From Desulfomonilia bacterium (GTDB lineage Bacteria; Desulfobacterota; Desulfomonilia; UBA1062): a DNA stretch of 64,000 nucleotides. Shown piece after piece: positions 48,951 through 59,131 of this stretch. A program made the translations under genes and the position numbers. The notes beneath the pieces were generated by a model. It ran no database searches. It had not been told where the DNA came from and saw nothing but the letters and a program-made list of their open reading frames with translations. Each line of letters opens with the position of its first letter. Within the stretch, counting starts at the first letter, position 1. The DNA lies in contig JBEKDT010000010.1 of the NCBI GenBank assembly GCA_050014195.1, positions 64,001 through 128,000 of the forward strand. The letters are read 5' to 3'.

Positions 48951-49958
48951 TTACTTCTGCTTGAGCGAAGCGACATCAAGCGTCTTCAGCCATTCCATGG
49001 TTTGCCGGAACCCTTCCCGGTAGGTGATGCGGGGCTTCCAGCCCAACTCCCGTTCAGCCTTGTCAATGGAGAACCTGAATCTCGAACCCAGGTTAGTAAC
49101 AGTATAGGTAGTGAGCAAAGGACGCTTCAGGATGCGGAACAGCTTCCATATGAATTCCATCACCCTGGCCGCGGCCATGGCCGACCAATAGGGGATGTAG
49201 GTCTTGATGGGCGGCACACCCAGCGCTTCGGCTATTCCCGTGCAGAATTCCTCCAGGGTTGTCGACTCGCCGTCGTGCACGAGGTAGCCATTGCCGACAG
49301 CCCTTTCATCCTCAGAGATCAGCATCAGCAGGTCGACCAGGTTATCGATATAGGTGGGCCACACGATGGCGCCCTTACGCCAGAAGATCAGTTCCTTCTT
49401 GATAATTGCATCGGCAAGCAGCGGCACAAAGGTCTGGTCGCCCTCGCCGAATACCCACAGCGGGTAGACCATGGCCAGCGGCAATCCCTGCTCCTCGTGG
49501 TACCTGCGCATGACCTTCTCGGCATCTATCTTGGAATCAGCATAGGGTTCGCCCCAGTATTGCAGCGGCAAACTTTCATCCATCACCTTCGACTCGTCCG
49601 TGCCGAACACGTCGCAGGTGCTGATATCCACCAGGCGGGACACCTTCGCGTCAACGGCCGCCCGGCAAATATTCTCAGCGCCGCCCACCGTGACCTCCCA
49701 GAACAGCTTCTTGGGCGCCCAGTCGGTAACTACCGCCGCAGTATGGAAGATGATATCCATGTCCCCTACCGCGCGCCTGACCGCTTCGTAATCGCGGATG
49801 TCGCCGTTGACGACCTCCACACCCTGCCCTTTCAACCAGGCCTCACCGGCATCGCCCGGCAGCACCAGCGCGCGAACCCTGTTGCCCTTTGCCAGGTTCG
49901 CTTTTACTACATGCCGTCCGATGAATCCTGTAGCTCCGGTTATTAAAACCCTTTTCAT
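48951..49958 (-). CDS. NAD-dependent epimerase/dehydratase (3-beta-HSD-like extended SDR)
   Basis: TGATGFIG, FHTAA, YADSK, KAERELGWKP. Confidence 0.88.
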   Translation of the reverse strand: MKRVLITGATGFIGRHVVKANLAKGNRVRALVLPGDAGEAWLKGQGVEVVNGDIRDYEAVRRAVGDMDIIFHTAAVVTDWAPKKLFWEVTVGGAENICRAAVDAKVSRLVDISTCDVFGTDESKVMDESLPLQYWGEPYADSKIDAEKVMRRYHEEQGLPLAMVYPLWVFGEGDQTFVPLLADAIIKKELIFWRKGAIVWPTYIDNLVDLLMLISEDERAVGNGYLVHDGESTTLEEFCTGIAEALGVPPIKTYIPYWSAMAAARVMEFIWKLFRILKRPLLTTYTVTNLGSRFRFSIDKAERELGWKPRITYREGFRQTMEWLKTLDVASLKQK

Positions 49959-50110
49959 GTCTCAACCTCTCACTGTTATGATTGCGCCCATATTATATTT
50001 ATATCAATGTACTGCTAAAAAACAAATTATGCTCATTCATGCGCATATATATTACTGTAAATCTCTGAATGGTTTTACTGAAAGGAAGAGTTGAATATTA
50101 CAGGAGAAAC

Positions 50111-50134
50111 ATGGTCGGCCGCATAGGATTTGAA
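50111..50134. repeat. Copy of tRNA-Val 3' end (att-like)
   Basis: ATGGTCGGCCGCATAGGATTTGAA vs ATGGTGGGCCGCATAGGATTTGAA at 51787 (23/24). Confidence 0.85.
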
Positions 50135-50222
50135 GTATCGCTTACCCGCACCAGGCCTGAATCTTAGGGCTGCTCGTGAATGACCTGTGAATGAGTGATA
50201 GGATTCAGTAAAAGACATAACT

Positions 50223-50265
50223 CCGCCTCTGAAGTTTGATGCGGAACACCAAACTTCAGAGGCGG
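50223..50265 (-). terminator. 16-bp perfect inverted repeat downstream of HMG-CoA reductase gene
   Basis: CCGCCTCTGAAGTTTG-N11-CAAACTTCAGAGGCGG. Confidence 0.65.
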
Positions 50266-50285
50266 GCTTTGGGTATGTTGTTACA

Positions 50286-51449
50286 TTAAAAGTTGCGACC
50301 GTATTGTTCGTGGGCTGAAACCCAATGTTTTCCAATTATTGCGCTCATAAGAGAGAGTTCACCGCATAAAGCTGTTGCAGCGATAATTTCCGCCAGTTTT
50401 TTAGCTTTATCTTTCCCGACACAGCCGATAATTTTACGACATTCAGTCTGGGTCGGAAGACCAGTACCCCCTCCAAATGTTCCTGCAATAAGTGACGGAA
50501 TTGTAAGAGAGTAATAGTAGCTACCATCAGGGAGCAGGTCTGCATAAAGTAAAGCGGCTGATGATTCAGCAACATTGGCGACATCCATCCCGCACGCTAT
50601 AAACATTGCAGTAATGCCATTCGCGGAGTGTTGACCGTTATTATTTGAACCTGCGAGGATCGCTCCGGTATTGGCTATATTTCTCATTCGCATTAAATAA
50701 TTAGGGGGCATGGTACTCATGTTGGTGATTGCTTCGGCCGGGATTGTAACCTCGGCGATAACCCTTTTACCCCTTGTGTGGAGAGAGTTCATGAATGAGT
50801 GTTTTTTATCAGTATCAATATTCCCGGAGAGCATATAATCTTTTATGTCGGGATAAATACTCTTCATCCATTCACAGACGGCAAAGGTGGCTTTCCCTAC
50901 CATATTCTGCCCGGCAGCGTCCCCTGTTAAATAGTTAAAGCGGGTATAGATCAATTTTCCTACAGCATACTGCTCGATATTTCTCATCGTGCAAAAGGGG
51001 TCGGTACCCTCCGCCTTTGCCTTAATCTCCGCAAAGTTAGTTTTCAGCCACTGTCCGAACTTTTGCGCCTCTCTAGCGCTCGCAAAAACGAAAACCGGGG
51101 CTCGATTCATACACTCATCAACAATTGTTGTGGTTACCCCTCCGCTAAGGTGACAGAGCCTCATCCCGCGATTATAACTTGCAACAAGCGTCCCTTCCGT
51201 TGTCGCCAGAGGTACATAAAATTCTCCATACGCATATTGACCATTTATTTTTAGAGGGCCGGCCAATCCCACGGGGATCTGGGCGACACCGATAAAATTT
51301 TCAAGGTTATTTTTTAGAATCTGCGGATCAAAGGAATAATGAGAAAGATGTTCAATTTCAACGCCGGTCTCCTGTTTAATAAATGCTCGTCTTTCTGCTG
51401 CCATTTCATTTGTGTAATTATTCTCTTTTGATCTTGGTATGTTAGCCAT
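50286..51449 (-). CDS. Hydroxymethylglutaryl-CoA reductase, class I-like
   Basis: ENFIG, PLATTEGTLVAS.NRG, GDAAGQNMV, DKK, GMDVA, GTFGGGT, GELSL, C-terminal His. Confidence 0.88.
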   Translation of the reverse strand: MANIPRSKENNYTNEMAAERRAFIKQETGVEIEHLSHYSFDPQILKNNLENFIGVAQIPVGLAGPLKINGQYAYGEFYVPLATTEGTLVASYNRGMRLCHLSGGVTTTIVDECMNRAPVFVFASAREAQKFGQWLKTNFAEIKAKAEGTDPFCTMRNIEQYAVGKLIYTRFNYLTGDAAGQNMVGKATFAVCEWMKSIYPDIKDYMLSGNIDTDKKHSFMNSLHTRGKRVIAEVTIPAEAITNMSTMPPNYLMRMRNIANTGAILAGSNNNGQHSANGITAMFIACGMDVANVAESSAALLYADLLPDGSYYYSLTIPSLIAGTFGGGTGLPTQTECRKIIGCVGKDKAKKLAEIIAATALCGELSLMSAIIGKHWVSAHEQYGRNF

Positions 51450-51482
51450 CGTACACTCCTTTCATGGTGAATTTAATTTATT

Positions 51483-51504
51483 TTCACATATTATAAAATG
51501 TGAA
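51483..51504. promoter_or_regulatory. Palindrome TTCACAT-N8-ATGTGAA upstream of HMGR gene
   Basis: Perfect arms; ATGTGAA half-site recurs near 51704 and 51735. Confidence 0.4.
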
Positions 51505-51787
51505 TATTCATTATTAACTTATAAACATATAATATATTAACTATTTTATCAAGAAAAATTGCGGCGTATTTGCCGATATTTGCAGTAGAACTCCTCTAAT
51601 TAAATTAAGATATTTTAATTTAGACTTAGCAAGTTACATACCAAAGAGCTTTATTGAAAAGAATAATAAACATATAAGGTTACATGAGGCCTGAAATCAC
51701 ATAATGTGAATAAAAGGTAATAAATTTCCATAATATGTGAAATATTATTCAGTTAACCATCATATGAATGTTATATCATTGAAAAGA

Positions 51788-51862
51788 TGGTGGGCCGCAT
51801 AGGATTTGAACCTATGACTTCTACCGTGTGAAGGTAGCGCTCTCCCCCTGAGCTAGCGGCCC
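51788..51862 (-). tRNA. tRNA-Val(CAC)
   Basis: GGGCCGCTAGCTCAGGGGGAGAGCGCTACCTT-CAC-ACGGTAGAAGTCATAGGTTCAAATCCTATGCGGCCCACCA cloverleaf with CCA. Confidence 0.97.
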
Positions 51863-51989
51863 GAGCCAATGCGAAAATCTATACCGTCCACCCCAAAAGG
51901 TGTCAAGCAGAATATCCTGCTGATTAAGAATGATTTATTGTTGGGATCAATCAAAATAATATGTAATTACATTAATCTAACCGTATGAG

Positions 51990-53594
51990 TCAGGGGCCCG
52001 GGACACGCAGAAGGCAAAGGTCATTCGTTTGTTTTACAATTGCGAGCAAGGGCATCATTTTACGCAAGTTAGGGATGTTATCCTTGTCGGTAAGGCAGTA
52101 AATATTCTTATCCGTTTTCATGGAGGCGGCCAGCTCATCGGCCGTGATGACAACACCTTTTCCTAAGTTGTGTTTGATGCCGAATTCAAGTTCACCCACG
52201 CTCTCGACGAGTCCGACCTGCCTTTGTGAGTAGAAACTTGAGCTCTGGCAGTACCCCCTGTACGCATAAAGTTTTGCAGATGAAGGCAAATCCTGAACAA
52301 GAGATTTTGTGGAACGCAGTGAATCCCACCTAGGGGCAAAGGTGATAGCCAGGATCATAATGGCCATTCCCATCATGGCAAGACCAAGGGCATTATCATA
52401 TTTTCTGCCAAGCCAGATCCCTATGACCGTAGCAAAGATAAGGATTGCACCGGCCATTGTCCCGATAGGGATAAGCGGTATGGCGCCTTCTGATGAAATG
52501 TGCACTATCCCATGCGATTGCAAGACAGGGAAGAGGACCAGAATTACACCCATGCATAACCAGAGAATGCCTGTGAGGTTGAGCGGCAAGCCTCCTTTTT
52601 TTGGAGATCCTTTGCATGCATATCCCAGCATAAGGGACAGCGGCGGAAAACAGGGAAGCACATAGGTGGCGAGCTTTGAATGCGATGGTGTGAAGAAGAG
52701 AAAGATGAGGGAAAACCATACGACAATATAGAGTACCTCTTTCGGCATTTTATTCTTCCATATCTCCTTGACGGCAGAAGGCAGCAGGAATGTCCACGGG
52801 AGCGCGCCACCCAGGATCACCGGCACAAAGTAGAAGAATGGCTGGTAACGTTCAGAGGAGGAGGTGTATCTCTCCAGGTTTTGATTTATGAAAAAGAATG
52901 AGAAGAAGTCGGGGTTTTTGATGCTTACGAGGATAAACCAGGGAGATGCAATGGCAAGCAGCAGCAAGATGCCTGAGACCGGCCTCGATTCCCTGATGAG
53001 GGAGAATTGCCTTGAAAGGAGTATGTATATGCAAATGGACCCGAGGGGCAGGATGACCCCGATGGGACCTTTGGTCAGGGTTGCAAGGGCCATGGAAGCC
53101 CAGGAGAGAAGGATGTAGAGAGTATTCTTTTCTTTATGGCCGAGCCAGAAAAACACGAGGGCAGAGGTGATGAATAAGGCAAGCGGCATATTGATATCCA
53201 CCGCACTTGCAAGGAAGAAGTATTCAAGAGATGTAATGAGGCTTAGGGCTGCAACCAGACCGGCCCTTCTTCCCCACAATTTCCAGGCCATGAGCCCGAC
53301 AAGGGCAACCCCTCCGAGGGCCGAAACAAGGGGGATTACGTGAGCCGAGCCTTCAGAAACACCGAATATCTTGAAGCTGAGGGCTTCGAGCCACATGAAA
53401 AGCATGGGTTTCTCAAAATACAGGAGGAAATTGAGATGGGGGGTGACCCAGTCGTGGAGCGCCAATATCTCACGGGCCATCTCGGCATACCTGCCTTCAT
53501 CAGGGTCCCACAGGGCCCGGCCGCTTAAGCTTAAGGAAAGGATGGCTGCAGAGGCTATCAGCATCCACGTAAGGTATCTCTCATGATGGTTCAT
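51990..53594 (-). CDS. ArnT-like glycosyltransferase family 39/83
   Basis: DPDEGRYAEMARE, YFEKP, LTKGP, LPW, SKLATYVLP; multi-TM. Confidence 0.88.
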   Translation of the reverse strand: MNHHERYLTWMLIASAAILSLSLSGRALWDPDEGRYAEMAREILALHDWVTPHLNFLLYFEKPMLFMWLEALSFKIFGVSEGSAHVIPLVSALGGVALVGLMAWKLWGRRAGLVAALSLITSLEYFFLASAVDINMPLALFITSALVFFWLGHKEKNTLYILLSWASMALATLTKGPIGVILPLGSICIYILLSRQFSLIRESRPVSGILLLLAIASPWFILVSIKNPDFFSFFFINQNLERYTSSSERYQPFFYFVPVILGGALPWTFLLPSAVKEIWKNKMPKEVLYIVVWFSLIFLFFTPSHSKLATYVLPCFPPLSLMLGYACKGSPKKGGLPLNLTGILWLCMGVILVLFPVLQSHGIVHISSEGAIPLIPIGTMAGAILIFATVIGIWLGRKYDNALGLAMMGMAIMILAITFAPRWDSLRSTKSLVQDLPSSAKLYAYRGYCQSSSFYSQRQVGLVESVGELEFGIKHNLGKGVVITADELAASMKTDKNIYCLTDKDNIPNLRKMMPLLAIVKQTNDLCLLRVPGP

Positions 53595-53670
53595 ATGCAG
53601 TTAATGATATAGTTTGGTGGGATTATAAAAGTCAAACCGGATCTTCACGTGCGGTTTGTCGGCAAGCCGA

Positions 53671-55602
53671 TTATTCCAAGGGAATGGAAAAATAGAAAAC
53701 CGACCCTTGCCCGAGTTTGGATTTCAGCCAGATGTCCCCACCCATCACGGCCAGCGCTTTTTTCACTATGGCAAGGCCGATGCCCGTTCCTTCCACATGG
53801 TCGTTCGATGCCCGGTAAAAGATTTCAAAAATATTACTCGTATGTTCATCTGATATCCCGGAGCCGTTGTCCTTTACGGAAAAGACATGCATCTTGGCCT
53901 GTGGCTGATATCCGATGAAGATTTGAAGCTTCCTGCCTGACTGGGCATATTTGATGGCATTCGAGATGAGGTTGCTGAATACCTGAATCACCCTGATCTT
54001 GTCCGCCTTGATCTTGGGCATTTCATTCTCGATGACGATTGTGCCTTTCTTCTCATCAAGCTGATCGGCTACTTCCATTATGATGTCGTCGATGATCTCC
54101 TGAATGAAAAACTCCTCTTTCTTGAGCTTCAGATTCTCGACGGCAGAGAGTGTGAGGAGATTCGTGACAAAAGACTCCATGTGCCTGCCGCTTTCATGTA
54201 TTGCCTCGATGTACTGGTTCTCTTTGTCGGATAGTTTTTTGGCTGCCGATTTGATGAACCGCTCACAGAAACCGTTTATGGCGATAATCGGATTTTTAAG
54301 GTCGTGAGATACGGTGGAAACGAGCGTCCTGAGTTCCTCATTGCGCTGCCGTATGAGGTTAAGGGCATCCTGGAGCTCATTGGTGGTCTTTGATATCTCC
54401 TGAAACAAGAGGATGTTCTCAATGACCGTGCCCATGTGGACCCCAATGGTGATGAGCAGTCTCTCATCCTCGGGTGATATGATACGCTGGCCGAAGGAGC
54501 CGATGTTCATGGCGCCGATGAGGCGTGTCCTTGACTGGAGGGGGATTGATGCAAATGATCGTATACCTTGTTTCCTGAATGCAGTTGAGCTGATGCGCGG
54601 ATCTAAAGATGCATTCTCAATAATTATGGGGGTACCGCTTTGGGCAACCCTGCCCGCAATACCTTCACCAATCTTGAGCTCTTTAACGGTCTGTATGACC
54701 TCATCTGCGATGCCGTGGGCATATGCACACCTTAAAACCTTTTTCTTCTCATCAAGAAGATAGATAAGCCCCGCCTCGATGTTCATGATCTGCAGGACCT
54801 GGTCAAGAGTGTTCTGAAGAACCTCATCGAGATCAATGGACGAGGAGAGCGTCGTGGATATGGTGTTGATGGCAGACAGATCCTGGTTCTGCCGGAGCAG
54901 CCTCTTCTGCAGGAGCATCTTTTCCGTTACATCCCGGAGCATGGCAATAGAGGTGCCCGGTCTGTCCTCGATGAAGTGAAAGTTGCCCTCCAGTATCTTC
55001 TGACCCTTCGTGGTGTTTATTACTATTTGAGTAAAAAATTGCTTGGCATATTTTTTTCGTAAATTTGCCAGATCATTTCTGCCTTTATCATCCACAAGGT
55101 CGAAGATCGATTTGCCGAGGATATCATCCTGTCCCGTCTCAATTATGTTTGTGAATGCAGGGTTGGCAAAGGTTATGAACCCATGGTTCATAATAATGAT
55201 AGCGTCGGGTGCATCTTCGATGAGTTTGCCGTATCTCCCATCGCGTGCGAGGCTTCCGCTTACGAAATCACCCAGGAGCACAAAGAGTGAATTCAGCCTA
55301 TACCCTGTTATGTTGATAAATCCCGATACCTTGACCCGAGGAGAACTAAGCGTTTCTACGATCAATGAGAAGGGTTTATTCGTCTCGATGAGCCCTTTAA
55401 GCCTATTTTCAAGCCTATCGTCTACAAGAAATTTATGGATGAGCTCATAGAGCGATTTACCTACAAAGGGAAGTTCGGACTGTTCAATATTAGTTTCAAG
55501 GAGCTTGTTGATGTATATGACCGTTCCGCTCGAGTCGAATGCGCACACGGTAAAAGGTGCAGCATCGAAAACGGCCTTAACCTGCTCGAAATGCTTATTC
55601 AT
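53671..55602 (-). CDS. PAS/GAF sensor histidine kinase
   Basis: PAS and GAF domains, SHDLKNP H-box, NLISNAIKY, DNGSG, GTGIGL. Confidence 0.92.
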   Translation of the reverse strand: MNKHFEQVKAVFDAAPFTVCAFDSSGTVIYINKLLETNIEQSELPFVGKSLYELIHKFLVDDRLENRLKGLIETNKPFSLIVETLSSPRVKVSGFINITGYRLNSLFVLLGDFVSGSLARDGRYGKLIEDAPDAIIIMNHGFITFANPAFTNIIETGQDDILGKSIFDLVDDKGRNDLANLRKKYAKQFFTQIVINTTKGQKILEGNFHFIEDRPGTSIAMLRDVTEKMLLQKRLLRQNQDLSAINTISTTLSSSIDLDEVLQNTLDQVLQIMNIEAGLIYLLDEKKKVLRCAYAHGIADEVIQTVKELKIGEGIAGRVAQSGTPIIIENASLDPRISSTAFRKQGIRSFASIPLQSRTRLIGAMNIGSFGQRIISPEDERLLITIGVHMGTVIENILLFQEISKTTNELQDALNLIRQRNEELRTLVSTVSHDLKNPIIAINGFCERFIKSAAKKLSDKENQYIEAIHESGRHMESFVTNLLTLSAVENLKLKKEEFFIQEIIDDIIMEVADQLDEKKGTIVIENEMPKIKADKIRVIQVFSNLISNAIKYAQSGRKLQIFIGYQPQAKMHVFSVKDNGSGISDEHTSNIFEIFYRASNDHVEGTGIGLAIVKKALAVMGGDIWLKSKLGQGSVFYFSIPLE

Positions 55603-55608
55603 GCCTTT

Positions 55609-56229
55609 TTAGTCGATCTCGATATATTCTCTGGGGTTTAAGACCCGGACGTCACACGAGCATAACTTCGCAAACTTCTCGGCATCTTTCCTTGTACCCG
55701 CCACCTCTCCATAATGAATCGGGATGGCATAGGTGGTTTTCATGTCTTTCAAGGCTTCACTCGCCTCACGTGCGTCCATGGTAAAGGTTCCTCCCACTGA
55801 AATAAGAACGACATCCACGGCTATACCCTTCATCTCGGGTATCCTGTCCGTATCACCTGAATGGTAAATTGTTTTGCCGTCGATGGTTACTATATAACCT
55901 ACCCACCCTTTTGCCTTAGGGTGAAAGGCCTTTTCCAGATTATAGGCAGGTATGGCCCGTATGGATACACCCTTGATGGAAAGTGATGTGCCGGGTGTAA
56001 TTAAGTCCGTCACAACAGGTGCGGACATTGGGGCTACAACATGTGTGTCGGCATCCGATATGATCTTCACATCTTCTTCAGAGTAATGGTCGTAATGATC
56101 ATGCGTGAGCAGCACGATATCCGCGCGCCCAGGAGACTTCCCGATCTTCCAGGGATCAATGTAGACGGTGGCGGAAGCTCCTGTTATCTTGATACCGGCA
56201 TGGCCTAGCCATGTAATGCGTACCGTCAT
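55609..56229 (-). CDS. MBL-fold metallo-hydrolase
   Basis: WLGHA, THDHYDH, HSGDT, PIHYG. Confidence 0.9.
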   Translation of the reverse strand: MTVRITWLGHAGIKITGASATVYIDPWKIGKSPGRADIVLLTHDHYDHYSEEDVKIISDADTHVVAPMSAPVVTDLITPGTSLSIKGVSIRAIPAYNLEKAFHPKAKGWVGYIVTIDGKTIYHSGDTDRIPEMKGIAVDVVLISVGGTFTMDAREASEALKDMKTTYAIPIHYGEVAGTRKDAEKFAKLCSCDVRVLNPREYIEID

Positions 56230-56358
56230 GGAGCACCTCCTGAGAAGCATGGAACAATTAAAAATCGTTATGCACTATCCTTATTGTAATAATACAAAAG
56301 CCCGGTATCCGTTTCAATGGGTATTTCCGGGAAATATGCGGCAATTCATGCGTCACTC

Positions 56359-56754
56359 TCAAAACGCCCCTAGCTGGCATGGTGTGATCTTTATGTTCAG
56401 TGCATCGGCTGCATTGCCTGCCTCCGCACGGATAATTCCGGTTGTATCTGCAATTTCCCAGAGCCTTGCACAGGAGATCCTGCCCTCACCGGAATCTTTT
56501 TTGATAAGATCAAGCACGTCCTGGCTTACTTCCACTTTCCTGCCGGTTATCTTGTAGGCAGACTTCCCCTTCCTGCCGTAACCGAATAGGCCGAGCTGGC
56601 ATTGGTACAACCGTACTCCCGTTTCAGTTGCAAACCTACCGACTTCAAGGGGGTCAAGTTTGAGATAGGCAGCTATATAGTGCGCCACAGCGCAGGGAAG
56701 CTTGTCCCTTTCGGGATATATCTCCATCATTTCTTTGATTGTCCGGGACGTCAT
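56359..56754 (-). CDS. Conserved hypothetical protein with duplicated C..A / CQLG.F module
   Basis: LPCAVA...CQLGLF and ISCARL...CQLGAF halves. Confidence 0.7.
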   Translation of the reverse strand: MTSRTIKEMMEIYPERDKLPCAVAHYIAAYLKLDPLEVGRFATETGVRLYQCQLGLFGYGRKGKSAYKITGRKVEVSQDVLDLIKKDSGEGRISCARLWEIADTTGIIRAEAGNAADALNIKITPCQLGAF

Positions 56755-56771
56755 AGTTATCCTCCTTAGAT

Positions 56772-58898
56772 CTAAATTACCATAAGCGCATCCGCTACGA
56801 AAGGCTTGCCGTCTACTATGATAATAGGGTTCAGGTCGATCTCCTTGATCTGAGGAAATTGAGCGGCTACATGCCCCAAGGCAATAAGTATGTCTGCAAC
56901 GGCTTCTTTATCAACAGGTTTCATGCCGCGATACGCACCTAAGGCCTTGTTGGCGGAGATACCATCAAGCATCTCAAATGCATCGCTCCTGGTCAAAGGC
57001 GCAAGGCGGAGAGATATGTCGTCAATGGCCTCTGCAAATACACCGCCCAGGCCGAACAATACGCATGGTGGAAAACCCGCGTGACGGCTTATGCCTGCTA
57101 TAAACTCGCGGTCGCCCTTGAGCATTTCTGCCACGAGGAGCATCGAGTCATGGTCTTTTGCCCTGAGGGTATGATATGCCTCTATGAGTTCATGCTCATT
57201 TTTCAGATTGAGCCTAACCATTCCGAACTCGGTCTTGTGGGTGATCTTTGAAGAGCAGACCTTGAGCACTACCGGATAGCCGTTTTTTTCAGCATTTGCC
57301 TTCACCTCATCAAGGTTATAGGCAAGGGCCTCTTTGGCAGTGGGTACCCCATATGCACGAAGTATCCCCTTTGCCAAAAACTCATCGATTCCGGTCTCAA
57401 CGGATTGTTGCATCAATCGTAAGGCCTCATCAGGGGCCGTGTCGTTTACGGGGGGCCTTTCAATGGGCCTGTTCCTGAATAGCAGATATGTATAAAAAGC
57501 GCTCATGGCCCTGGCAGCCTTTTCGGGTGCATCAAAGGTAGGGATGCCTTTTGTGTGGAAGGTTTGGATACAGTTGTCCTCCCTGCCGAAGAAGGAGGAG
57601 ATAAGGAGAGGCTTGCCATAACGCTCGGGCATGGCTACAAGCTCATCCATGCTTAGTTTTCTCATGCCTATCACTTTTTCTTTTGACACGTTCACAAACC
57701 TGCTGACAGCAGGGTAAAGAAGCTCCATGAATGCCGTGTCCACAATTCCGTGGATAATTATTCCATCCACCTCGTCAGACTCAAAGAGCAACCTTGGGAT
57801 CTCTTCGGTAAGGGCCTTCATGTCCACATGAAATGTGAGATCGACCGGATTGTGGGCGCTTGCTTGCGAGGGCAGGAATTGTGAGACTTTTTCCTGTAGT
57901 ATGGGGGAAAATTCTCTCACCTCAAGCCCCAGTCGATCGCAGGTGTTGGCAATCCCTGTTCCGGGGCCGCCGGAATTTGTCAGCACGGCAATGCGCCTGC
58001 CTTTAATCCTCGGCTGGGAGGCAAGAGCCCAGCCCACCTTGTACACCTCCTCAATGCTCTCCACGCCGATTACGCCGGCCTGTTCAAACAATGCCGTATA
58101 GAGGTGATCGGGACCGGAGAGGGCACCGGTGTGACTCGATCCCGACCGTGCGCCCGCCTCTGTCCCTCCGACATACTGGGCCACTATCGGTTTAATCCGG
58201 CTCACACGGGTTGCGACCTCAAGGAAACGGGAGGCGTCTTTGATCCCCTCGATGTACAATCCAATGGCCCTGGTGGTTTCATCCTGCCCCAGATATTCGA
58301 TACAGTCGATGATGTCGATGTCCGCCTCGTTCCCCACGCTGATGGCCTTGCTCATCACAATGCCGTTCTTATGCAGATAAGAGACCACTTGTGCGATATA
58401 CGTACCGCTCTGGGATGCAAGGCCGAGCTTCCCATTATAGTCCTGGATGGGGCCTACCGTGATGTTCAAAGGCAGATGGGTGTTTACTATCCCGAGGCAG
58501 TTGGGGCCAAGAAAACGGATGCCGTAGTGTTTTGCTTTTTCTATCAGGACCTTCTCAAGGGCCCCGCCCTCTTCTCCTGTCTCCTTGAAGCCTGCACTGA
58601 CAATGATCATATGTCTCGTACCAAGCTTGCCGAAATCTTCAACCATATCAGGGACGAGCCGGGTTGGGACTACGAGCACTGCAACATCAGGGGCATAAGG
58701 GAGATCCGCTATTGTCTGATAAGCCTTCTTGCCCAGCACGACTTTTTCTTTTGGATGGATCGGCAGGACCTCACCTGGAAAACCATTCGTGATGAGATTC
58801 AGGCATTGAATCGTGCCCATGGTTGTAAAGTTGTTGCTTGCGCCGGCAATGGCTATGGATGCGGGGTTCATGAGGTTTTCAATGGGGTTGCCTGCCAT
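56772..58898 (-). CDS. Acetate/acyl-CoA ligase (ADP-forming) family, fused alpha-beta
   Basis: P.SIAIAGAS, LGPNCLG, SQSG, SHTGAL, HNPVD, HKTE, EIDLNP; start at ATG after AGGAGG. Confidence 0.9.
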   Translation of the reverse strand: MAGNPIENLMNPASIAIAGASNNFTTMGTIQCLNLITNGFPGEVLPIHPKEKVVLGKKAYQTIADLPYAPDVAVLVVPTRLVPDMVEDFGKLGTRHMIIVSAGFKETGEEGGALEKVLIEKAKHYGIRFLGPNCLGIVNTHLPLNITVGPIQDYNGKLGLASQSGTYIAQVVSYLHKNGIVMSKAISVGNEADIDIIDCIEYLGQDETTRAIGLYIEGIKDASRFLEVATRVSRIKPIVAQYVGGTEAGARSGSSHTGALSGPDHLYTALFEQAGVIGVESIEEVYKVGWALASQPRIKGRRIAVLTNSGGPGTGIANTCDRLGLEVREFSPILQEKVSQFLPSQASAHNPVDLTFHVDMKALTEEIPRLLFESDEVDGIIIHGIVDTAFMELLYPAVSRFVNVSKEKVIGMRKLSMDELVAMPERYGKPLLISSFFGREDNCIQTFHTKGIPTFDAPEKAARAMSAFYTYLLFRNRPIERPPVNDTAPDEALRLMQQSVETGIDEFLAKGILRAYGVPTAKEALAYNLDEVKANAEKNGYPVVLKVCSSKITHKTEFGMVRLNLKNEHELIEAYHTLRAKDHDSMLLVAEMLKGDREFIAGISRHAGFPPCVLFGLGGVFAEAIDDISLRLAPLTRSDAFEMLDGISANKALGAYRGMKPVDKEAVADILIALGHVAAQFPQIKEIDLNPIIIVDGKPFVADALMVI

Positions 58899-59131
58899 GT
58901 ATCCTCCTATTTTATTATGAGAGAATTCAGTAGGTGTCTCAGCGGTATTGTATATGTCATTCACTGAAATACCATAAAATTGCGGATAAAATCCAGCTAA
59001 CATCTGCGCAATGTGCATGTTCACTTTTAAGAAAATATTCAACAATATTCCCAAACGCCCCTTTAGCAATGGCCATTCATGCCGATGAGAGATTTGTCGG
59101 CAACAATGCTTGACGAATAAGAAGGGCACAC

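Larger units (their letters stand above)
41295..50134. mobile_element. Integrated island remnant (no integrase seen)
   Basis: Bounded by tRNA-Val 3'-end copies; abrupt AT-rich shift at 41.3 kb; IHF-like site and TGTTGGCAA direct repeat just inside the left end. Confidence 0.55.
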
